NCBI GenBank assembly: GCA_963730755.1 | Contig: CAVSSW010000008.1 | Span: 73,601 to 137,600 of the forward strand | Source of the DNA: an uncultured Solirubrobacteraceae bacterium | GTDB lineage: Bacteria; Actinomycetota; Thermoleophilia; Solirubrobacterales; Solirubrobacteraceae | DNA length: 64,000 nucleotides | Direction: 5' to 3' | Part shown: positions 58,656 through 64,000 of the stretch, in pieces | Layout: each line of letters begins with the position of its first letter | Position numbering within the stretch: the first letter of the stretch is position 1 | Translations under genes and position numbers: made by a program | The notes under the pieces: generated by a model | Seen by the model: only the letters and a program-made list of their open reading frames with translations | Databases searched by the model: none | Told to the model about the DNA's origin: nothing

Positions 58656-60407
58656 GTGATCGAGCGCAGCCAGGCTCTCGCCGCCCTGCGGGGCGAGGAG
58701 TTCGACGTCGTCGTCGTCGGCGGTGGGATCACGGGCGCTGGGGTCGCGCTCGACGCGGCCTCGCGCGGCTACAGCGTGGCGCTGCTGGAGCGAGCTGACT
58801 TCGCCTCGGGCACCTCCAGCCGTTCGAGCAAGCTCGTCCACGGCGGTCTGCGCTACCTCCAGAACTTCGACCTCGGACTGGTGCGCGAGGCGCTGCTCGA
58901 GCGCCAGCTGATGGTCGCGCTCGCGCCGCACCTCGTCAAACCGCTCCCGCTCGTCGTGCCCGCCTTCGACGGGGCGAAGCCAGACCGCCTCGTGGGCGTG
59001 GGGCTGAACCTCTACGACGTGATGTCCGTTGACCGCGACCGTCTTCGCTCGCGACGCTCCCGTCGCACGCGCGGATCGCAGAAGAGCGCAGATAACCACG
59101 CGACCGAGCAGGCGGAGCACCCCGGCTCCAGGCAGGAGGAGTCCTGGAGCCCGGCGCGCCATCGCGTGATCTCCGGGGATGAAGTGGTCGAGCTGCTGCC
59201 GGCGCTCGCAGGGCGCGAACCGACCTCCGGGTACCTCTTCTACGACTGCCAGACCGACGATGCGCGTCTCGTCCTCACCGTGCTCGGCGAGGCGGAGCGC
59301 TTCGGGGCGGTCTGCGCGAACCGGCTCGATGTCACGGGGCTCGTCCAGAACGGCGGTCACGCGAACGGGGTGCACGTGCGTGACGTGGAGACGGGGGAGA
59401 GCTTCGACGTGCTCGCCGCCAACGTGGTCAACGCGACCGGGGTGTGGGCCGACCAGCTGCGCCCCGAGGAGCTCGCGCTGGAGGCGGAGCTCCCCTCGAT
59501 CCGCCCGAGTCGCGGAACCCACATCACGATCCGCAACTCCGACCTGCCGCTCGTCGGCGGGGCGATCGTGCCCGCGGGCAGCGGCCGGTCGATCTTCGCG
59601 CTGCCGTGGCTCGGCCACGCGCTGATCGGGACGACGGACAACGACTACGAGGGTCCGCTCGAGCACATCGAGCCCTCCGGCGAGGACATCGCCTACCTGC
59701 TCGATGCGGTCAACGAGTTCTTCGGGAGCGACTTCGGCCCGGGCCAGCTCACCGGTGCGTTCGCCGGCGTGCGCCCGTTGATCTCGACGGGAGATCCGAA
59801 GAAGTCGGTCGACATCTCGCGCAAGGCCGAGCTCTATGAGACCTCCTCGGGGATGATCACGATCACCGGCGGCAAGCTCACGACCTGGCGGCGGATGGCG
59901 AAGATGACCGTCGACAGGCTCGTCGAGCGAGACGCCCGCGAGGCCGCCTGTCGCACCCACGAAATCCCTCTTGGCCAGGCCGTTCCCGTCGAGGAGCTGC
60001 CCCGCGTGGAGGGCATGGCCGAGGAGGCCTATCCCGCGCTCGCAGGCCGCTACGGCCACGGCGCGCACACCGTGCTCGCGATCGCCGCTGAGCGCGGGGA
60101 GCTCGCGCAGCCGATCGTCCCCGGCTGCCCCGACCTGCTCGCCGAGGTCGCGGTCGCGGCCCGTCACGAGCAGGCGCGCAGCATCGGCGACGTGCTGCTG
60201 CGTCGCACGCGGCTCGGCCTGCTCGCCGCGCGTGAGTTGAGCAGCGGCGCGGAGGGACCGGTGGGCAGGGTCGCCGACGTGCTCGCGCGCGAGCTCGGCT
60301 GGGACGAGGATCGCCTCGCGCGCGAGCTGCACGCCTTCGCGGTCGAGGCGGTCGCCGAGGGGATCGCCGCAGGCGCGGGCGAAACCGCGCCCGGTGCGGC
60401 GCCGTGA
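58656..60407 (+). CDS. glpD: FAD-dependent glycerol-3-phosphate dehydrogenase/oxidase
   Basis: GGGITGAG, GTSSRSSKLVHGGLRYL, GVRPL, GGKLTTWRRMA. Confidence 0.92.
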   Translation: MIERSQALAALRGEEFDVVVVGGGITGAGVALDAASRGYSVALLERADFASGTSSRSSKLVHGGLRYLQNFDLGLVREALLERQLMVALAPHLVKPLPLVVPAFDGAKPDRLVGVGLNLYDVMSVDRDRLRSRRSRRTRGSQKSADNHATEQAEHPGSRQEESWSPARHRVISGDEVVELLPALAGREPTSGYLFYDCQTDDARLVLTVLGEAERFGAVCANRLDVTGLVQNGGHANGVHVRDVETGESFDVLAANVVNATGVWADQLRPEELALEAELPSIRPSRGTHITIRNSDLPLVGGAIVPAGSGRSIFALPWLGHALIGTTDNDYEGPLEHIEPSGEDIAYLLDAVNEFFGSDFGPGQLTGAFAGVRPLISTGDPKKSVDISRKAELYETSSGMITITGGKLTTWRRMAKMTVDRLVERDAREAACRTHEIPLGQAVPVEELPRVEGMAEEAYPALAGRYGHGAHTVLAIAAERGELAQPIVPGCPDLLAEVAVAARHEQARSIGDVLLRRTRLGLLAARELSSGAEGPVGRVADVLARELGWDEDRLARELHAFAVEAVAEGIAAGAGETAPGAAP

Positions 60408-61324
60408 GGATCGAGTCGCGGCGGCTGCTCGCCGCGGGACTCGACGTCGAGATAGGTCCGCGTCCCTGGCTGATGGGGATCGTCAACGCCTCGCCGGATT
60501 CCTTCAGCGACGGCGGCATGCACCCGCGCCCGGACGATCAGCTGCAGCTCGCCGAGCGACTGCTCGCCGAGGGTGCGGACGTGCTCGACGTGGGGGGCGA
60601 GTCCGCCTCGACCGGCCGTCTGCCCGTGGACGCCGAACGCGAGGTGGAGCTCGTCGCCCCGCTGATCGCGCGAATCTGCGCGGAGCTCGGGGCGATCGTC
60701 TCGGTCGATACATACAAGCCCGCCGTCGCCGCGGCCGCGATCGAGGCCGGAGCGAAGATCGTCAACGACGTGAGCGGCCTGCGCGACCCTCGGCTCGCCG
60801 CGCTCTGCGCGCGCACGGGCGCTGCGCTCGTGCTGATGCACACTGCCGCTGCGCCGCGCGAACGACGCCAGGACCCGGCGCTCTACGAGGACGTGGGCGC
60901 CGAGGTGCTCGGCTTCCTGCGCGAACGCATCGAGCTCGCGGTCGCGCAGGGCGTCTCGCGCGAGCAGCTGATCGTCGATCCCGGCCCGGACTTCGCGAAG
61001 ACCCCCGCCCAGACGATCCGCCTGCTCTCTGAGACGGAGAGGCTCGCGGAGCTCCAGCGCCCCGTGCTGATGGCGATCTCGCGCAAGGACTTCATCGGTG
61101 CGCTGACCGGACGTCCGCCTCGCGAGCGGCTCGGCGGAACGCTCGCGGCGCTCGCCCACGGCCTCGAGCGGGGCGCGCACATCTTCCGCGTTCACGACGT
61201 AGCGGCCGCGGCTGACTTCCTCGCCGTGCGCGCCGCCCTGAGGGGGGAGAGCGATCCGGACGATGAGCTGCGGTTGACCGAGGAGATCCGCTACCAGCGC
61301 TCAGGCGAGGCGCAGCGCTCCTGA
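60404..61324 (+). CDS. folP: Dihydropteroate synthase
   Basis: MGIVNASPDSFSDGG, DVGGES, SVDT, NDVSG, SRKDF, RVHDV. Confidence 0.95.
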   Translation: MRIESRRLLAAGLDVEIGPRPWLMGIVNASPDSFSDGGMHPRPDDQLQLAERLLAEGADVLDVGGESASTGRLPVDAEREVELVAPLIARICAELGAIVSVDTYKPAVAAAAIEAGAKIVNDVSGLRDPRLAALCARTGAALVLMHTAAAPRERRQDPALYEDVGAEVLGFLRERIELAVAQGVSREQLIVDPGPDFAKTPAQTIRLLSETERLAELQRPVLMAISRKDFIGALTGRPPRERLGGTLAALAHGLERGAHIFRVHDVAAAADFLAVRAALRGESDPDDELRLTEEIRYQRSGEAQRS

Positions 61325-61437
61325 GCGTGCGGCGCAAGGGCGCCCGGGTCATCGGGTAGGCTGGGCGCGTCAACGGGTGCCCGCCGCTGTCCAACGCGCC
61401 GGGACGCCAACCGCCCATCCACAGAAAGCGAGACCCC

Positions 61438-62825
61438 ATGTCCGTGCTTGACCGCTCCGAGCTCGAGGCGAGCCCACTGGCCGACCTCCACGCGATCGCC
61501 GACCAGATCGGCCTCGAGGGCTTCCGGCGCCTTCGCAAGGCCGACCTGATCGACACGATCCTCGGCGAGTCGCCCGCCAAGGGCTCATCGGATGATGAGT
61601 CCACCGAGGAGGAGAAGCCGAAAGCCCGCCGCCGCGGGTCGCGCCTGCGTCGTGGCCGCACCGCGGCGGACGAGGAGGAGGGTGAGGAGCCCACGGCGGA
61701 CTCCGCCGAGGACGAGGACGACGGCGCCGAGGAGGACGAGGAGGACGCGCCCACCCGCGGGCGCGCGCCGCGACGGGGCCGCTCGCGCAGCGGTCGCGGC
61801 GAGGGCGGAGCGCGTGGTGGACGTGGCGAGGGCGGTTCGCGTGGCGGTCGCGGTGAGGGCGGTTCGCGTGGAGGACGTGGCGAGGGCGGCTCGCGCGAGG
61901 GCGCTTCCGAGCGCGAGGAGGGACGCAACGCCGAGGGCGTCGTCGAGGTGCTCCCCAACGGCTCGGCCTTCCTGCGCGTCGACCCGCCGGAGCCCTCCGA
62001 CGAGGACATCTACATCTCCGCTGCGCAGGTGCGTCGCTGCGAGCTCGTGTCCGGCGACCGCGTCGCGGGGCCCGTGCGCACGCCGCGCCGTTCCGAGCGC
62101 TACCCGTCGCTGGTCAGGATCGACACGATCAACGGAGCATCGGCGGACAGCGTCGGCGACGGCGCGCGCTACGAGGATCTCCCTGTCGCATGGCCCTCTG
62201 AGCGGATCGAGCTCGGCTCCGAGGACAAGACCCTCGAGGCGATCGAGGTGCTCACGCCGCTCGGCAAGGGCTCACGCGCGACGATCGTCGGGCCGCGCGG
62301 GGCGGGCAAGTCCGAGACGTTGCGCCACATCTACGAGGCGCTGAAGGAGCGCGAGGGCCTCGAGCTGAGCGTCGTGCTCGCAGGCGTACGGCCCGAGGAG
62401 ATCGCGGACTGGCAGGAGCTCACGCCCGCACCCACGGCCGCACTGAGCTTCGCGGCCTCGAGCGACTCGCAGGCGCAGGCCCTCGAGCGTGCGCTCGACG
62501 CGGGGCGCAGGGTCGCAGCGCGGGGGGAGACGCGGTCGTGCTCGTCGACAGTCTCGACGGGGTCCAGCCCCCGGCCGCGCGCCGTGCGCTCGCCTCGGCC
62601 CGCAACCTCAAGGAGGGCGGCTCGCTCACGATCCTCGCGACCGCGACCGAACCGGTCGGTGGGGAGACGACGGTGATCGCGCTCGACGCCGCGCTCGCCG
62701 CGGCCGGCGGTGGCGCGCCGATCCTCGACCTCGCCGCGTCGGGCACCCTGCGTGTCGAGCTGCTCGTCGGTGAGAAAGACGCCGCCGCGATCGCGAAAGC
62801 GCGCGCGAAGGCGTTGAAGGACTGA
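61438..62825 (+). CDS. Rho-like protein with degenerate ATPase domain (frameshift near 62530)
   Basis: Rho N-terminal (LADLHAIA...RLRKADLI), OB-fold (EGVVEVL.NG..FLR...DIYISAAQVRR), PLGKG.R, GAGKS, RPEE, ARNLKEGGSLTILAT. Confidence 0.8.
61792..61896 (+). repeat. 27-bp in-frame tandem repeat, about 4 copies (GRGEGG[S/A]RG)
   Basis: GRGEGGARGGRGEGGSRGGRGEGGSRGGRGEGGSR in the Rho-like insertion. Confidence 0.8.
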
Positions 62826-62855
62826 AATCTCGGGGAGCGCTTCTGGAGCGCCGCC

Positions 62856-63332
62856 CTAGCGGCGGTAGGCGACGCGGCCCCAGGAAGGCTCCGGCGCGAG
62901 CTCGATCGGCTCGCCGGGGCCTGGGGCGCCGCTGGGGCTGGGCTGCACGTAGGAGAAGGTCCCGGTGGCCTCGTCGAACTCGACGTTCAGCTCACCCTCC
63001 TTGACGCGCTGGTCGAGCCACGCGCCGCGGAAGACGAGACGCCGCAGCCAGTGCACGAGCGAACGCTCGGCGGGACCGACGAGCTCGGGCCAGCAGTCGT
63101 TGACGTGTTCGCCGAGGGCCGAGGCGGGATCCAGGATCTCACCGTTGACCGCGAGGTTCACGAGGTCTTCGAGCTCCTCCTGACCGAGTCGCCCGCCCAC
63201 GAAGCCGAGCTTCAGCGCGGCCTGCTCGCAGCGCTGTGAGAAGTCCGCCTCGTTGAAGGTGAAACGCAGCTCTCCGTATTCGAGGACGAAGTCCTCACCG
63301 GAGTCGTAGTTTTCGCGTCGAGCGGTTTCCAT
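62856..63332 (-). CDS. Hypothetical acidic protein
   Basis: Globular-looking sequence with host-like codon usage (METARRENYDSGEDFVLEYGELRF...); family not recognised. Confidence 0.7.
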   Translation of the reverse strand: METARRENYDSGEDFVLEYGELRFTFNEADFSQRCEQAALKLGFVGGRLGQEELEDLVNLAVNGEILDPASALGEHVNDCWPELVGPAERSLVHWLRRLVFRGAWLDQRVKEGELNVEFDEATGTFSYVQPSPSGAPGPGEPIELAPEPSWGRVAYRR

Positions 63333-63555
63333 AGCGCGTGTGGCGGATGGAACCGCCTCGTCGGGATCATAAGGCTGGTTCCTTCTCGGACGTCTGCGAT
63401 GCATGCGAATTTGCACGAGACGTGGGGTCGCGGCTCACGGTCAGAATCGGAGCTCGCGTGACTTCGCTTGAGAACTGGACGGGTGGGCCGCGTGGGGCCT
63501 GCTCGCGGGTGCTTGGCTGGGTGCCCCGCTGTCCACGCCGATAGCCTGCGCGACG

Positions 63556-64000
63556 GTGGCGAGGCTGACCCAACACGGACTGCGGCGGGTACTCGGGACG
63601 AGCGCGCTCTTCTCGACGGCCTACGGCAACGTGGGCTCGTCGATCTACTACGCGCTCGGCCTCGTCGCCTCCTACGCGCTCGGCCTCACGCCGATCGTCT
63701 TCATCATCACCGGCGTCATCTTCTACCTCACCGCCGCGACCTACGCGGAGGCGACCGCGATGTACCCCGAGGCGGGGGGCTCCTCGTCCTTCGCACGGCA
63801 CGCCTTCAACGAGCTCTGGTCCTTCTTCGCCGCGTGGGCGCAGATGCTCAACTACACGATCACGATCGCGATCTCCGCGTTCTTCGTGCCGCACTACCTC
63901 GGCGGGCTCTTCTGGCCCGCGCTCGAACACGGGCCGGGGGACATCATCTTCGGGATCGGCGTGGTCGTGGTGCTCTCGATGATCAACGTCGTCGGCGTCA
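63556..64000 (+). CDS. APC-family amino acid permease, truncated at window end
   Basis: Manual translation MARLTQHGLRRVLGTSALFSTAYGNVGSSIYYALG...TYAEATAMYPEAGGSSSFAR.AFNE; absent from the ORF track. Confidence 0.88.
   Translation, partial: MARLTQHGLRRVLGTSALFSTAYGNVGSSIYYALGLVASYALGLTPIVFIITGVIFYLTAATYAEATAMYPEAGGSSSFARHAFNELWSFFAAWAQMLNYTITIAISAFFVPHYLGGLFWPALEHGPGDIIFGIGVVVVLSMINVVGV

Noticed and set aside
57927-60332. Long antisense ORFs (801 aa here; also 582..2582, 27245..28615, 50878..52650)
   Set aside because: Shadow ORFs expected in high-GC DNA opposite well-supported genes, with no recognisable motifs.
63333-63555. Possible ncRNA or riboswitch in the divergent gap before the APC permease
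   Set aside because: No known riboswitch consensus or convincing structure recognised; an Rfam/Infernal scan would settle it.

Overview
Very high-GC actinobacterial chromosome segment; gene content and protein style suggest Solirubrobacterales/Thermoleophilia (inference). About 65 genes are densely packed. Many apparent frameshifts cluster at ~2.9-6.1 kb and ~14.5-22.8 kb and look like assembly indels. Best candidate for an undescribed system (45.6-53.1 kb): a cobalamin-riboswitch operon with three secreted DUF4430 (transcobalamin beta-domain-like) proteins, an ECF T and A-A' module, and a CbrT-like S-component fused to an alpha/alpha-barrel carrying transcobalamin alpha-domain-like motifs, i.e. 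a possible split transcobalamin feeding an ECF importer. Second candidate (31.6-40.8 kb): an ICEBs1/pCW3-type mating-pair-formation (T4SS) operon led by an ECF-like sigma factor, with no relaxase, coupling protein, integrase or att site in the window. Other oddities: an acylphosphatase-LigD phosphoesterase fusion, a degenerate Rho paralog, an orphan clpP divergent from an SRPBCC-ArsR pair, a CP-ATP-grasp/alpha-E/transglutaminase operon, and two TA modules. Recognisable housekeeping genes include lon, pntAB, glpD, folP and a PduO-type adenosyltransferase. No rRNA, tRNA, CRISPR array or transposase was seen. All family calls come from motif recognition by eye; no searches were run.
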